Below are positions 19,244-29,438 of a DNA stretch of 64,000 nucleotides, piece after piece. The notes beneath the pieces were generated by a model. It had not been told where the DNA came from, made no database searches, and worked only from the letters and a program-made list of their open reading frames with translations. The translations under genes and the position numbers were made by a program. Origin of the DNA: an uncultured virus (IMG/VR IMGVR_UViG_3300011741_000001) (lineage: Duplodnaviria > Heunggongvirae > Uroviricota > Caudoviricetes); the IMG/VR virus record IMGVR_UViG_3300011741_000001, positions 62,001 through 126,000 of that record, one strand, 5' to 3'. The first letter of the stretch is position 1. Every line of letters begins with the position of its first letter.

Positions 19244-19783
19244 TTAGAGGTAGTGTTCCACTATGGTCTCTAATTCACGCAGGATATTCGAAATCTGATT
19301 CAGAAAGATATCCCGCTCGGGGTTGGTATTATCAGCGGTACTTTCGACCAACTGTAATACCTCTAACACGTCCCAGAAACTATTACGAATGGTGCCGGGG
19401 TTGGACGTTTCAAAATACTCATCCAACCACTTCAAACTATTCGTGTCTCGCTTCGGGGACAGCTTTTCCGGTAACGGTGTCCATTCCGGGTTTTTGACGG
19501 TTGACGCCAATGCCCGGTTGTACTCCATATACAGAAACTGCAGCCGATCCGATAACAACTGAAACGACTGACAACGTACGGCAATGGTGCCCCGCACAGG
19601 TAAATCGACGTAAGAATCGTAACCGTATTCTACGGGCTCTGTAAGCAGCCGTAGACCGATTATAACCTTATGCAGCCTGTTAGGGGTATTCTTATGGAAC
19701 TCGGCTTCTAACGCATTTCTGCGTCGTGTATAAAGCCTTCCGGTAATTGGCCGGAACATCCAGTTAACCAGACTGTTAAACAT
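19244..19783 (-). CDS. Hypothetical protein
   Basis: ATG at 19783 with AGGGA RBS, downstream of the promoter motif at 19833-19850. Confidence 0.65.
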   Translation of the reverse strand: MFNSLVNWMFRPITGRLYTRRRNALEAEFHKNTPNRLHKVIIGLRLLTEPVEYGYDSYVDLPVRGTIAVRCQSFQLLSDRLQFLYMEYNRALASTVKNPEWTPLPEKLSPKRDTNSLKWLDEYFETSNPGTIRNSFWDVLEVLQLVESTADNTNPERDIFLNQISNILRELETIVEHYL

Positions 19784-19832
19784 GGTCGCATCCCTAAAAC
19801 ATAGTAACCTCACTACAACCTATATGCAGTGA

Positions 19833-19850
19833 GATAACATCTATCTGAAA
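19833..19850 (-). promoter_or_regulatory. Putative early phage promoter (AGATAGATRTYAT motif)
   Basis: TTTCAGATAGATGTTATC; one of five copies upstream of minus-strand genes. Confidence 0.6.
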
Positions 19851-19870
19851 CCTGATAGAAGAGGTGGCGT

Positions 19871-20353
19871 ATGAGCGAAGAAGTAGATTCGGCCGAAGTC
19901 AATGTCGGCTTTGCAGGAGACATTACGAACGAGGACGAGTTACTTCGCCTTACGCAACGCGTTCGTGTCTCCGCATTAAACGACCTGATGCATGTCCCGA
20001 AACTCGGACAAGACCCCAAGGCCGTTAACTCATTGGCAAAACTGGCTGACGGGATTGATAAACAGATTCAAACCGGTCGCCGCATTAAAGCCTCGGAGAA
20101 AGCGAACGAAGTCAACGGTGATTTGGCTAATACGCTGAACGCGTGGGTGACAGGCAAGATGGGTGCAAAAATACAACGCCACGACGCCCCACCGACTGAC
20201 GGCGGACACCGGCCCATCATTCCTGCGCTACCAGATGTGGTGCACAAAGAAGGTGAGCTCGGCCCGGTCGGCGAGTCAATAGACGTCGAAGGCATTATGG
20301 CGATTGCATTTAAGAGTCAGCGTCAGCGGGAGGAGGAAGAGCTCGACGACTAA
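19871..20353 (+). CDS. Hypothetical protein
   Basis: 160 aa; GAGGTG RBS; acidic C-terminus. Confidence 0.7.
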   Translation: MSEEVDSAEVNVGFAGDITNEDELLRLTQRVRVSALNDLMHVPKLGQDPKAVNSLAKLADGIDKQIQTGRRIKASEKANEVNGDLANTLNAWVTGKMGAKIQRHDAPPTDGGHRPIIPALPDVVHKEGELGPVGESIDVEGIMAIAFKSQRQREEEELDD

Positions 20354-21032
20354 GCAATGCTGCGTCGACTGTGTCCACCGTTACCAACTCTGCCATAAAC
20401 CGGGTCCGCTCCACAAAGGGGTTGGCCCGGTCTCTTTTCATCCATGCCACGGTCTCTTCCGTGATATCCTCAGACAATATCGCTGGGGTGGTAATCACGA
20501 AATTAGGAATACGTTGGTTGGCGAAATGCGGGGCGTTGGCTTTAATCCACGGAAACCAATCGTAGACAAACCACGCATCCCATGCCGCCCTGAGGCGTCC
20601 GGGAGTGAGCGACAGAATGGGTGTACAAATCACATCCACCTTCACCATGTCGTAATATCGTCGGAACATCACCAGAAACGCATGCCGTTCTTCTTCCGTC
20701 AGGTCGGAGTACGGCCACAGATTAATTGTCAGCGTCGGTTTCTCAATCGGCGAAGACATCTCAATCGTTATCAGCTCCCCTTCTAACCGGGTTGCCAGTA
20801 CCTCCAGAAACTCGGTAGGTTCTGCGTTCTGTAATGCCCGCTTATCCCGCTTCGCGTACTTCGCGTGCCAGTCCTCAATGCCAATCACCGCCGCCCATGC
20901 TTCCGTATGTCTTTTACGGTACGCCTTCTCTTCCAGACGTTCCAGCGCTTCTGGCTGGATGGCCTTCACTAAACCTAACCTGTCATCAAACAAGCAGTTA
21001 ATGTCGACCAAATAGCGACGAGTCAATCTCAT
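20310..21032 (-). CDS. Hypothetical protein (HAD-like N-terminal strand YLVDINCLFD)
   Basis: 240 aa; ATGA-coupled to the RNAP subunit gene. Confidence 0.65.
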   Translation of the reverse strand: MRLTRRYLVDINCLFDDRLGLVKAIQPEALERLEEKAYRKRHTEAWAAVIGIEDWHAKYAKRDKRALQNAEPTEFLEVLATRLEGELITIEMSSPIEKPTLTINLWPYSDLTEEERHAFLVMFRRYYDMVKVDVICTPILSLTPGRLRAAWDAWFVYDWFPWIKANAPHFANQRIPNFVITTPAILSEDITEETVAWMKRDRANPFVERTRFMAELVTVDTVDAALLSRRALPPPADADS

Positions 21033-21703
21033 TGTGGACGCCCTATGTTGTTCCCGATGTGCATCGCTTTAAAGAACGATGACCACGTACGGGTGGCTTT
21101 AGCACTGGTTGATTCTGCACCGGGGATATGGATACGTCCTTGACCGGTCTCACGCAGAGACTGATAGAACGCACGTTGCAAGGCATCGTTACCCCCACGC
21201 GCATGCAGGTATTCCTGCAATGTTTCATCACGCCCATCGGCGAACATAATGTACGCTTCCGGGAAACTCACACCCGAGGCTTTAGACGGACCGACAACCT
21301 GACCGGACAATTTGTCACGGACTTTGTCGTTCTTCGCCACTGCCATTTTTTTCTCCTGCATCTGGGTCTGACGACGTGCCGGGAATGGCATGTACAGATG
21401 CGGGTGACGGGTACGGTGCTTCAACCCGGTTTTGCTGTCGGTGAACCACATCCGCTGGTTCATCCGTAACCCCAACCCTTCCCCGATGGCGATGTTACGC
21501 ATGTGGTCAATATCGACCTTGCTGCCCGGTGGGTTGTAGACGGGAATCCCGGTATCGCGGATACGGGAGAAGTCCTCATCACTCATTCGGGTGAACGACT
21601 TTTTCATGGCGTTCGTGTTGATCCCTGACGCATCAATGAGCGACAGCAAATCAAGAATGAATTTCTCCGCCGCTTTACGACGTGCTGGATCGAGTCTCAT
21701 CAC
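21029..21703 (-). CDS. Virion RNA polymerase beta-subunit C-terminal fragment (phiKZ gp149-like)
   Basis: RRQTQMQEKK..RDKLSGQVVGPSKASGVSFPE resembles the RpoB C-terminal conserved region; lies next to UvsX as recalled for phiKZ-like phages. Confidence 0.7.
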   Translation of the reverse strand: MMRLDPARRKAAEKFILDLLSLIDASGINTNAMKKSFTRMSDEDFSRIRDTGIPVYNPPGSKVDIDHMRNIAIGEGLGLRMNQRMWFTDSKTGLKHRTRHPHLYMPFPARRQTQMQEKKMAVAKNDKVRDKLSGQVVGPSKASGVSFPEAYIMFADGRDETLQEYLHARGGNDALQRAFYQSLRETGQGRIHIPGAESTSAKATRTWSSFFKAMHIGNNIGRPQ

Positions 21704-21996
21704 GCCACCTTCATGGCCGCAGCAATCCGCAGCTGAGGCAGTACGGTTGCTTCGAGGTCTTCAATCCAGAACGCAATGGCTTCGGAATTCTCAGCAGGGG
21801 CAGGGAACACCAAATCCGCTGTAGAGACACCACGTTGTTCCAGCTGGTTACGATAAAAGCTCACGGCCTGTGGACAAAACGTCGCGAGGTCGGGAGCCGG
21901 AGCAGAGAACTGCTGAACAAGAGTAGCCGCCATCACTGGGTCAATCGGCTTGAGCCCTTGTTCGAGTCTCTCAATAATGACGCGTTGGTAGCGCAT
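21700..21996 (-). CDS. Hypothetical protein
   Basis: ATG at 21996 with GGAGG RBS. Confidence 0.7.
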   Translation of the reverse strand: MRYQRVIIERLEQGLKPIDPVMAATLVQQFSAPAPDLATFCPQAVSFYRNQLEQRGVSTADLVFPAPAENSEAIAFWIEDLEATVLPQLRIAAAMKVA

Positions 21997-22038
21997 TGAG
22001 TTCCTCCTTGGTGGGGCGGGCAACCACCCCACGTCGGT

Positions 22039-23526
22039 TTATTTTTTCCGGGTCAGGAACTTCGGATTACAATCGTCATCCACCGCCATAGCCAGCAGGC
22101 TCATTGCAGTGAGTGTCCGTTTGCCGCCTTTGGTTTCCTGGTCTTTAAACATCCAGTATTCGACCGTGTTATCCATGATCTCATTCCAGTCCCAGCCTTT
22201 CTCGACAATCTTCGAGTAGAGCAGGGTTGGGTCAATCACGTACTTGAGGTCGAGGTCATGCCAGTTGTTGTGCATGTACGCGATAGCGGCAGTGATTTCT
22301 AATGCACGACGTAAACGCGGGTCTTCATCAATCTGGTCACGGATGGTCGTACGCATGAACTTCACACCCGGCAGAATGTGCAGCTCATAATTAGCGCCGC
22401 TGCGGGTGTAGCCGAACTCGGTTTTCAGCACCTGAGAGATATAGTGCCACAGTGTCAGATGGTAGAAGAGACCTTGTTTCTGCGAGAAGATCAAATCGAA
22501 CTTCACGCCGGTCGGGCCACCCTTCGCACGGAACTGCGTGTAACGAATGATTTTCAGGTCATTCGATGACGAGTTCATGGTACGGGAACGGGCCGTCGGG
22601 TACATTGGTTCGTTGACGCCGGTTTTGGCATTGTACGTGGAGTCTTGTTTCAACTCACCGGTACGGGTGGCCACAATCAGGCTGTTGGTCAGGAACGAAA
22701 TGGCACGACGCGGCACGTTAGAGAACTTCAGGTCTCCACCGATATCGTCCAGCAGTTTATCGTTTGCCCCACCGTTACCTTTCATGGCACCGGACATGTC
22801 ATCCGCTAAGTGAACGGAGAATGCCATGAACATGTGGCCACGTGCCAGAGCGGTAGGCCAACGACCCATCATGTTCGACTTCTGTAAGGAGTCGTGGGCG
22901 TTCAGGATGTTCTGCTCTTTATCACCGACTTCGGTTTTCGCGTGCTTACCTTCGATATCACCTGTGTGGAATTCAGACAGGGAATCGATACTGTAAATCC
23001 ACGGGTCAACCATCATTTTGTTAGCACGACGAACCGGGTCACGGAATGGCGTCTCACGACACTCTTTCGACTTCTTCGCGTACTGTGTGAAGCGACCTTC
23101 AACTTCATCACGGATATAGCCGGCGTAATATTCTTCGCCCGGCAGTGTAGCGGAGTCGACGAGGTTATAACGTGCCGCGTCTATCATGCTCAACACGCTT
23201 TCATCGCTGTCCGCACCTGTGGCGTGCATCGCCGAACGGAAGCCCATTTCCAGACGGTCTAATGCCGTGGACATTTCAGTATCGTACTTCGAACCCCATG
23301 CCGCACGATAACGCAGCATGATTTGGAAAATGCAGAAATCCATCAGTGTGGATTTAAAGGTGTTACCACGACCCGAGAATCCCATGATGTGGGCAAACCC
23401 GCCATTGAGGTAATACAAACCATCCTCACCGCGCTCATAACCACCCAACGCGTGATCCATGATGGTGTATACATTAAAACGGGGACGGATAACCTCACCC
23501 ATAACTTGTTTCGCTGGACCTGCCAT
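22039..23526 (-). CDS. uvsX: UvsX/RecA-like recombinase ATPase
   Basis: Walker A GRGNTFKST, YDTE and Walker B YSIDSLS. Confidence 0.75.
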   Translation of the reverse strand: MAGPAKQVMGEVIRPRFNVYTIMDHALGGYERGEDGLYYLNGGFAHIMGFSGRGNTFKSTLMDFCIFQIMLRYRAAWGSKYDTEMSTALDRLEMGFRSAMHATGADSDESVLSMIDAARYNLVDSATLPGEEYYAGYIRDEVEGRFTQYAKKSKECRETPFRDPVRRANKMMVDPWIYSIDSLSEFHTGDIEGKHAKTEVGDKEQNILNAHDSLQKSNMMGRWPTALARGHMFMAFSVHLADDMSGAMKGNGGANDKLLDDIGGDLKFSNVPRRAISFLTNSLIVATRTGELKQDSTYNAKTGVNEPMYPTARSRTMNSSSNDLKIIRYTQFRAKGGPTGVKFDLIFSQKQGLFYHLTLWHYISQVLKTEFGYTRSGANYELHILPGVKFMRTTIRDQIDEDPRLRRALEITAAIAYMHNNWHDLDLKYVIDPTLLYSKIVEKGWDWNEIMDNTVEYWMFKDQETKGGKRTLTAMSLLAMAVDDDCNPKFLTRKK

Positions 23527-23625
23527 GTTTGCTCCATGATAGCGGTTGTTTTGTTCTACATAATGACTGCGGCTCCCGTAAAAAGACTTACTATGTAGCC
23601 CTTCACCCCTATTCCGAGGTACGCA

Positions 23626-24387
23626 ATGACACTGAACCCTATCGCGGCTCTTTCTGCCTTCACGGCAAAGGCGCGCACTATTTTACCGAAAGGTTTTTCG
23701 ACGTCTGACCAAGAGCTGGCATTAACCACGTATGACGACATGTCCACCGTGGCGAATTGGGTTCAGAATGAGAAGTTCCTGAATTTCGCGGGTATGTTGG
23801 TTCCGGTACCGCCGGGCTTTAACACCTACGTGATTGATCACCTGCAACGACTGGAGTCGGTGTGGGACGTGTTACAGAATCTGCTGGACGGGATTCTGAA
23901 ACCGGTTGACCGCCAGTTGGCACAGTTGACCCACGACAAAGGCATCCTGACACTGCCCGTTGGGTTCCGTGTGAAAGACTTCCGCTACCCGCTGAAGAAC
24001 ATCAACCCGGAAGACCTGACCAAAAAGCTGGCACAGTCTTATCTGCCGAACACCGTTGACCAGCGCGCGATTGAAAAGACGTTCCATTCCGCACTGGAAA
24101 TCGAAACGTGCTTCTCGCGTGCTCAGGCCCTGCGTGATGAAATCAGTAAGAAGCTCCGTAAGGACGTCACTAAACTGATTGAGTCCATTTCAGCTTCTGC
24201 GGATATTCTGGCGGAATACGGCGAGTCCATTCACCCGCAGTCGCGTGAGAACATCGAGCAGATGATTGACATCGCGTCCAACTGGGTGGAGCTGTTCGGG
24301 TTGTTCATGAAACAAACCAACGAGCTGTTGGAAACCATGAACGGGATTTCTGACCGTCTGAAAGCGCTGCGTGCTGGCAAAAGATAA
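23626..24387 (+). CDS. Probable virion (head) protein
   Basis: 253-aa helical ORF; GAGGT RBS; TATG late-promoter-like motif near 23592. Confidence 0.55.
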   Translation: MTLNPIAALSAFTAKARTILPKGFSTSDQELALTTYDDMSTVANWVQNEKFLNFAGMLVPVPPGFNTYVIDHLQRLESVWDVLQNLLDGILKPVDRQLAQLTHDKGILTLPVGFRVKDFRYPLKNINPEDLTKKLAQSYLPNTVDQRAIEKTFHSALEIETCFSRAQALRDEISKKLRKDVTKLIESISASADILAEYGESIHPQSRENIEQMIDIASNWVELFGLFMKQTNELLETMNGISDRLKALRAGKR

Positions 24388-24445
24388 AAAAAAAATAAGG
24401 TAGCCCTACTCCTCACGGAGTAGGGTCGCCTTTCTTTATTTTTTC
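24387..24445. terminator. Bidirectional intrinsic terminator
   Basis: A-run, CCCTACTCC-TCAC-GGAGTAGGG, T-rich tail. Confidence 0.8.
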
Positions 24446-24975
24446 ATAAAGCGGGCGGCATTGACTAACGACTCGACGATGTTCAGTTTGATAACCGAGA
24501 ACAACGTTTCCTCGAACTCGTCCAGATAGTCGAGGAACGGGTCATTGTCCGGATCTTCCCCGATGACCACTTTATAACGCAGTTTGTTCTGCGCCCACTC
24601 CTCGCCTAACAACTCACCGTAGATTTCCGTGGTTTCCCGCGTGGCACCGCTGAAGAACTTCTGAAACATTTCGGTTAACGTTTCAGCGTCGTTCAGTTTG
24701 TCCGTGTCAATCATGATGAAGCTGTAGTTCTGCTTGAAGTGTTTCGCATGCCAGTCACGTCGGTAACCCGTCACCCACTGCGCATACGGTGCCACTAATG
24801 CTTCAGCCCAACGGGTGGCTGCACGTCGTGCCCGACGGGTAACTTTCCCTTTGGCCTTTTCTTCTTCGGACATCCGGTCTTCAACCAGTTCGGTACCGCG
24901 ACTGATAAACAACGCCAGTGCAGTCTCAAACGTTTGGCGAATCTCCGGGGTGTCGCAGTTGATGTAAAGTTTCAC
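24436..24975 (-). CDS. Acidic helical protein, tandem paralogue 5
   Basis: Starts MKLYINCDTPE (GTG). Confidence 0.7.
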   Translation of the reverse strand: MKLYINCDTPEIRQTFETALALFISRGTELVEDRMSEEEKAKGKVTRRARRAATRWAEALVAPYAQWVTGYRRDWHAKHFKQNYSFIMIDTDKLNDAETLTEMFQKFFSGATRETTEIYGELLGEEWAQNKLRYKVVIGEDPDNDPFLDYLDEFEETLFSVIKLNIVESLVNAARFMKK

Positions 24976-24984
24976 TGATATCCC

Positions 24985-25419
24985 TCACGTGAATTCACAC
25001 AGGAAGTTCCCGACCATTGTCAGTTCCTGTTCCGTAATGTCGTACAACGCCGTGAAGAATTCGTCCATAATCTCCACGATGTCATCCAGCACGTCCTGGT
25101 CGGTGTAGTAAAACGCTTTGCCGACTGCTTCGTAGAAATCCCCGTAGGCTTCTTTGAAGTGGTCAATAACCGCGTCTTCCACACACAGCGTTCCGCCCGC
25201 ATCGACGTGGTACACCAGAATCCCGTCTTTGATAAAGCGCATCAACTGGTGCATCGCATGGTGCAACTGCGGACGGATTTCTTCCGCAGACACCTCCCGA
25301 TCTTCCGGGTCAGGATACGCCTGTTCGTAACGGTCAATGCTGGCGATGATGAACACCATACGCGCATTTCGAAACGCCCCTATGATAGCGGGCGTACGCA
25401 AATCGAATAAGACCCGCAT
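24985..25419 (-). CDS. Acidic helical protein, tandem paralogue 4
   Basis: Starts MRVLFDLRTPA. Confidence 0.7.
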   Translation of the reverse strand: MRVLFDLRTPAIIGAFRNARMVFIIASIDRYEQAYPDPEDREVSAEEIRPQLHHAMHQLMRFIKDGILVYHVDAGGTLCVEDAVIDHFKEAYGDFYEAVGKAFYYTDQDVLDDIVEIMDEFFTALYDITEQELTMVGNFLCEFT

Positions 25420-25997
25420 TACTCCACCGGCAGGTCTTTGTTCAGCACCGCTTCACCGTTGGTGTCAATCTGTTCCAGCGCCAGTTCGGCTTTCTTTTCA
25501 AGCTTGGCAAAACGCAGGGTCAGGCTGGCTACGTCTGCGGTGACTTCTTCCCACAGCGTTGCTACCAGTGCAGAGACATCGTTGGAGGCGGATTCGATGA
25601 GGTTCTCAATCTCTTCGTCTTTCAGATTCAGCTCATGACGCTTACCGTCGTATTCGAACTTGATGTGCTTGCGCTCACGCAGTTCCTTTTCCCACTGCTT
25701 TTGAATGTCGACCACATTCTGATCAGCGGTGAACAGATCCAGCGTTTTGATGATGTCGCCGTTTTCCACATCGGTCTTGTCAAACTCAAACGTCAACAGC
25801 GTGTCTTTGAGTTTGTACATCCCCTGGGAGATCGGCTCTAACGCTTCAATCGCCGCGTAACGAATCAGCGGGCCCGGCTCAGGTTGCGACTGGAAGTGGT
25901 GCGCGATGATGTGCTGGAATTCGTCGTACATCGATGTCGCCAGCGCAGGCCACAGTTTCTGGTTAGCTTCGGTGGTCAGGTTAATAAACAGCTTCAT
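25419..25997 (-). CDS. Acidic helical protein, tandem paralogue 3
   Basis: Starts MKLFINLTTEA. Confidence 0.7.
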   Translation of the reverse strand: MKLFINLTTEANQKLWPALATSMYDEFQHIIAHHFQSQPEPGPLIRYAAIEALEPISQGMYKLKDTLLTFEFDKTDVENGDIIKTLDLFTADQNVVDIQKQWEKELRERKHIKFEYDGKRHELNLKDEEIENLIESASNDVSALVATLWEEVTADVASLTLRFAKLEKKAELALEQIDTNGEAVLNKDLPVE

Positions 25998-26509
25998 TTT
26001 GATTCTCCTTGCGGATGAGTGAAACGAATGGTGAATTTCTCGGTGAAGTTGGCTATGGTCGCCAGCTCGGTTTCTAACAACTGTTCAACTTCGGCGTACA
26101 ACGTTTGACGAATATTGTTCAGTCGTGCAGCCGGGATAAGAGTATCCGTCTCCATCGGCACATCGGTAATGTATAACTGGTGGTTCGCCAGTATACGGTC
26201 ATCGAGTTCGTAATCCTGCTTTACCTCGTTCCAACGATCGAACAGCGTTTCGCGGGTAATCACCATTTCTTTTTCGGTGAGGGGTAACGTGACGGAAATC
26301 ACGGTATCGAACAGTTCATCCAGTGCCTGCCAGAACGGTGTCAGCACAATAGGAAGAACAACCCCTAACATCTCTTTGCCGTCTTCGGTGAGTTCGTGGC
26401 CTTTGTTGGTGATAGAAAGTAACGTGGCTTGAAATACACAATCGTGGACAGCTTTACCGAAGTCCAACATTGTGGGGGTACAACGGTCAATCGCAAAAAT
26501 CAATTTCAT
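25994..26509 (-). CDS. Acidic helical protein, tandem paralogue 2
   Basis: Starts MKLIFAIDRCTPT. Confidence 0.7.
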   Translation of the reverse strand: MKLIFAIDRCTPTMLDFGKAVHDCVFQATLLSITNKGHELTEDGKEMLGVVLPIVLTPFWQALDELFDTVISVTLPLTEKEMVITRETLFDRWNEVKQDYELDDRILANHQLYITDVPMETDTLIPAARLNNIRQTLYAEVEQLLETELATIANFTEKFTIRFTHPQGESK

Positions 26510-26517
26510 ACCCGTCC

Positions 26518-27087
26518 TTAGAATTGGGTGATTTCAGTCCCGTTAGGGAGCACGTAACGTTGAATGCGGGTGAGGAGGATTTCCATCTCACGACGACACA
26601 CAGCAACCACCATCCCTTTGGCGTTGACTAACAACTGGTCAACGCGGGTGGTGTCGGCTTCTTTGAAGATGTCCGTCAGACTTTCCATCTGGAACACCAT
26701 GCTTTTCACTTCCGGGGTATCCTGACACGCCACAAAGGTTTCGTGCATCCCAAGGTGGACGTACGCTTCAAAATCCTGTGAGGCTTGCGCAAACGCATCC
26801 CCAATACGGTCACCCAGTTCGTTGATGGTATCCCACCCGTTTGACGGGATAACGTAACTGCGTTGCAACACCCGACGGACTTCATCCAGCACCATTCGCG
26901 TCATGGTGTTCACGATCTCTTCGGGTTTTAACACGAAGTGGGTACTGCCCGTGTCAGCGGCGAGTTTGGCTTCGTACTCCACGATAATTTTGTGCAGCTC
27001 AACGTGCAGGTTCTTTGCGAGGGTCACCATCAGTTTCTCAACTTCCGGTGCAGCCTCAGTTGATGCAATATCAAGTACCAGTTGCAT
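26518..27087 (-). CDS. Acidic helical protein, tandem paralogue 1
   Basis: Starts MQLVLDIASTEA. Confidence 0.7.
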   Translation of the reverse strand: MQLVLDIASTEAAPEVEKLMVTLAKNLHVELHKIIVEYEAKLAADTGSTHFVLKPEEIVNTMTRMVLDEVRRVLQRSYVIPSNGWDTINELGDRIGDAFAQASQDFEAYVHLGMHETFVACQDTPEVKSMVFQMESLTDIFKEADTTRVDQLLVNAKGMVVAVCRREMEILLTRIQRYVLPNGTEITQF

Positions 27088-27520
27088 TCAGTGGCTCCAG
27101 TGGTAAATGCTGACCCGCAAGGTCAAACATCCGCGAGACGAAAAAAGAATTATTAATCAGCGACATCAGAGTACAGTGGGGTTCCACGTAGTTCTGAGTG
27201 ATCAGCTGATTAATCTCAAGGCTAAGCAATTCGACCGGGTTGGGCTTCAGGCGGTCAGTGTATTGGATGTGGTGAAACACGGCCAACCAATTAGCTTCAG
27301 GTCTGCCGCATCCCATCCAATAACCCCGAAAACATAACAGATCTTTCGTGAGGTCTTCGCCGCCGGGCACCGTCCCGTTCAGCACCGCCAATTGGAATAG
27401 GTAGGCTTTTGACACCACGATTGCCCATTCCGCGGTTTCGTGGTGTGTACGGCGACTCGCTGCGGCCCGAAGCTGCCGGTCTATTTGCGAGAGCACTTCG
27501 CTATAGACCGTCAACATCAC
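27071..27520 (-). CDS. Hypothetical protein
   Basis: 149 aa within the operon. Confidence 0.6.
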   Translation of the reverse strand: MMLTVYSEVLSQIDRQLRAAASRRTHHETAEWAIVVSKAYLFQLAVLNGTVPGGEDLTKDLLCFRGYWMGCGRPEANWLAVFHHIQYTDRLKPNPVELLSLEINQLITQNYVEPHCTLMSLINNSFFVSRMFDLAGQHLPLEPLNATGT

Positions 27521-27895
27521 TTACTCCCAGTCGAGGACAAAATCTTCGGTTGGCCGTTCGGCGTGTACGCAACGGAGCTTCGTGCAACGTGCCAGATAGT
27601 TGTCACCGTCACGCCAGACGTGTAGTGCGACGTCGGCTTCGCTGGTGTACAACACGTGCGGGTTATGGCATTCGATATAAAAACGCGCCCACGGAGCACG
27701 GTCTTTAACAGACTGCAGCCGTGCTTCACGCAATACATCACGGTTACCCGGTTCGAACAGCGTCGCATTGGTACCGGCATCCGCGACGAACTTGGCCGCT
27801 TTTGATTCCACTGTCAACAAAATCAATCCGCCCTCACTCGGTTCGCGTCTGTCGACTTCTTTGATCAGTTTGGCAATCAGGTCGTTTAAATGCAT
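27521..27895 (-). CDS. Hypothetical protein
   Basis: ATG at 27895 with AAGGAG RBS. Confidence 0.7.
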   Translation of the reverse strand: MHLNDLIAKLIKEVDRREPSEGGLILLTVESKAAKFVADAGTNATLFEPGNRDVLREARLQSVKDRAPWARFYIECHNPHVLYTSEADVALHVWRDGDNYLARCTKLRCVHAERPTEDFVLDWE

Positions 27896-27906
27896 GAAGA
27901 TACTCC

Positions 27907-28638
27907 TTAAAATGATAGATTTTCGATAAAGTCTGATGCGTTGGGCGTCAGGCGACACAGGGTCACTGGCTCCCGTTCAGGAATGGCGGTACGGGGATCA
28001 ACCATCACCACCGCGTCTTCCCACAGGTAAAACTCAATTTCGGTATTTGAGGCCAGTTGATAGAACATCGTGCCACTGCCGTGTTGCCACGGCCCGTGCC
28101 AGATAGGTTCGTAATCCCCTTCCTGAATCGCCACGACAAACGGATGGGCTTCCCAGAGTTGCCTGTCCATCTCGAAGTCGTTAATCCAAAACCCGGTCAC
28201 GCCGTGTGTCTGCTCTAAGAGTCGCCACAAGGTTTCGAAGATAGTGTTGTATTTGTAAATCACGATGTCCGTCAGTTGCTTGGTCACCAACTTGTTAGCG
28301 ACGTACGACATGAAGCACAAACACTCACCTTCGAAGTCCGGGTCTTCTTCGTCTTCGTCGTGAACGTAACAGTTCATTTCGTTGTCGAAGTCGTAGTTCA
28401 CATCCGCGAGGTCAAAGGGACGCCGCATGTTCACGGCATCCAGTATTTCACAAAAGGTCAAGGCGAAGTGCTTCAGGAAGATGTCCATGCTCGCGTACAT
28501 GAACTCATCCCGGCGCACCCACAAATCCGCCCGACCCGCTATTGCCTCCGCTTTATAACTTTCCCAGATTGGTTCGAACAACTTCCCGGCAAGCTCGGTG
28601 TTGAACTGAAACAATTCCGGTACATACACGCGTAACAT
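27907..28638 (-). CDS. Hypothetical acidic protein
   Basis: 243 aa; AGGAG RBS; promoter motif upstream. Confidence 0.7.
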   Translation of the reverse strand: MLRVYVPELFQFNTELAGKLFEPIWESYKAEAIAGRADLWVRRDEFMYASMDIFLKHFALTFCEILDAVNMRRPFDLADVNYDFDNEMNCYVHDEDEEDPDFEGECLCFMSYVANKLVTKQLTDIVIYKYNTIFETLWRLLEQTHGVTGFWINDFEMDRQLWEAHPFVVAIQEGDYEPIWHGPWQHGSGTMFYQLASNTEIEFYLWEDAVVMVDPRTAIPEREPVTLCRLTPNASDFIENLSF

Positions 28639-28666
28639 GAAAAACTCCTACAGCTATAACCACGGA

Positions 28667-28685
28667 GATAATATCTATCTTAAAG
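28667..28685 (-). promoter_or_regulatory. Putative early phage promoter
   Basis: CTTTAAGATAGATATTATC. Confidence 0.6.
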
Positions 28686-29432
28686 CTTTTTGAGTTTCTC
28701 GATGATGTCTTCGCGCAGCAGATACAGTTCCAGTGGGGCACTCTCGTCCGGCAGTACCATGGTCGAGAAGGTCTCCGGCAGGATAAACGCCTGACCTTGC
28801 ACCACGAAGTTAAACCCGTGCGGGTCAATCCACGGCTCCAGCTCCTCGACCGTCATCCCTTGACCCACGAACTTCCACTCCAGCGGCTCAATAAACGGCA
28901 GAATAATCTGTCCCTTTTTGTACATCCGCGAGAACATCTCGTGAGTAATAAAGATACCGGTGTAGTTGTCAATCTGGAACGACTCTCGCCCGAGCAGGTT
29001 GTACAGCTCATCCATGAACTGATTGACATACCACCCCGTTGCCCCTTCCAACAACGCCGACAAAAAGAACGCCAGTACATGCTCTTCGAACAACTCTTCT
29101 GCGGAGAACATCTCAGGCTGTTCAAACGCCTGATGCGCCAGCTCAGATTCCCGCTCCGGATCAATGTCCCGACAGAACGCTTGCAGGCTTCGCAACGAGG
29201 GGGTCATGTGCGTGCGGGCATTGGCGAGCGCCACCCCTTCTAACAGCAGGTTCACCATCAGTGAGGTGGCACGTTCATTAGCAATGGTTTGAAACGCGTA
29301 GTAATCCTTTTCCAGACCTTTGGCGTACTGGCGGGGAAAACGTTTGGCAAACGTCGCGATGTAATACTCCACCAACGCCTCATGGAGACGTTGGGTGTGC
29401 ATGGTTAACGTGTGACTGAAGACTTGTAACAT
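28680..29432 (-). CDS. Hypothetical protein
   Basis: 250 aa; GAGGTG RBS. Confidence 0.7.
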   Translation of the reverse strand: MLQVFSHTLTMHTQRLHEALVEYYIATFAKRFPRQYAKGLEKDYYAFQTIANERATSLMVNLLLEGVALANARTHMTPSLRSLQAFCRDIDPERESELAHQAFEQPEMFSAEELFEEHVLAFFLSALLEGATGWYVNQFMDELYNLLGRESFQIDNYTGIFITHEMFSRMYKKGQIILPFIEPLEWKFVGQGMTVEELEPWIDPHGFNFVVQGQAFILPETFSTMVLPDESAPLELYLLREDIIEKLKKL

Positions 29433-29438
29433 GCCACC

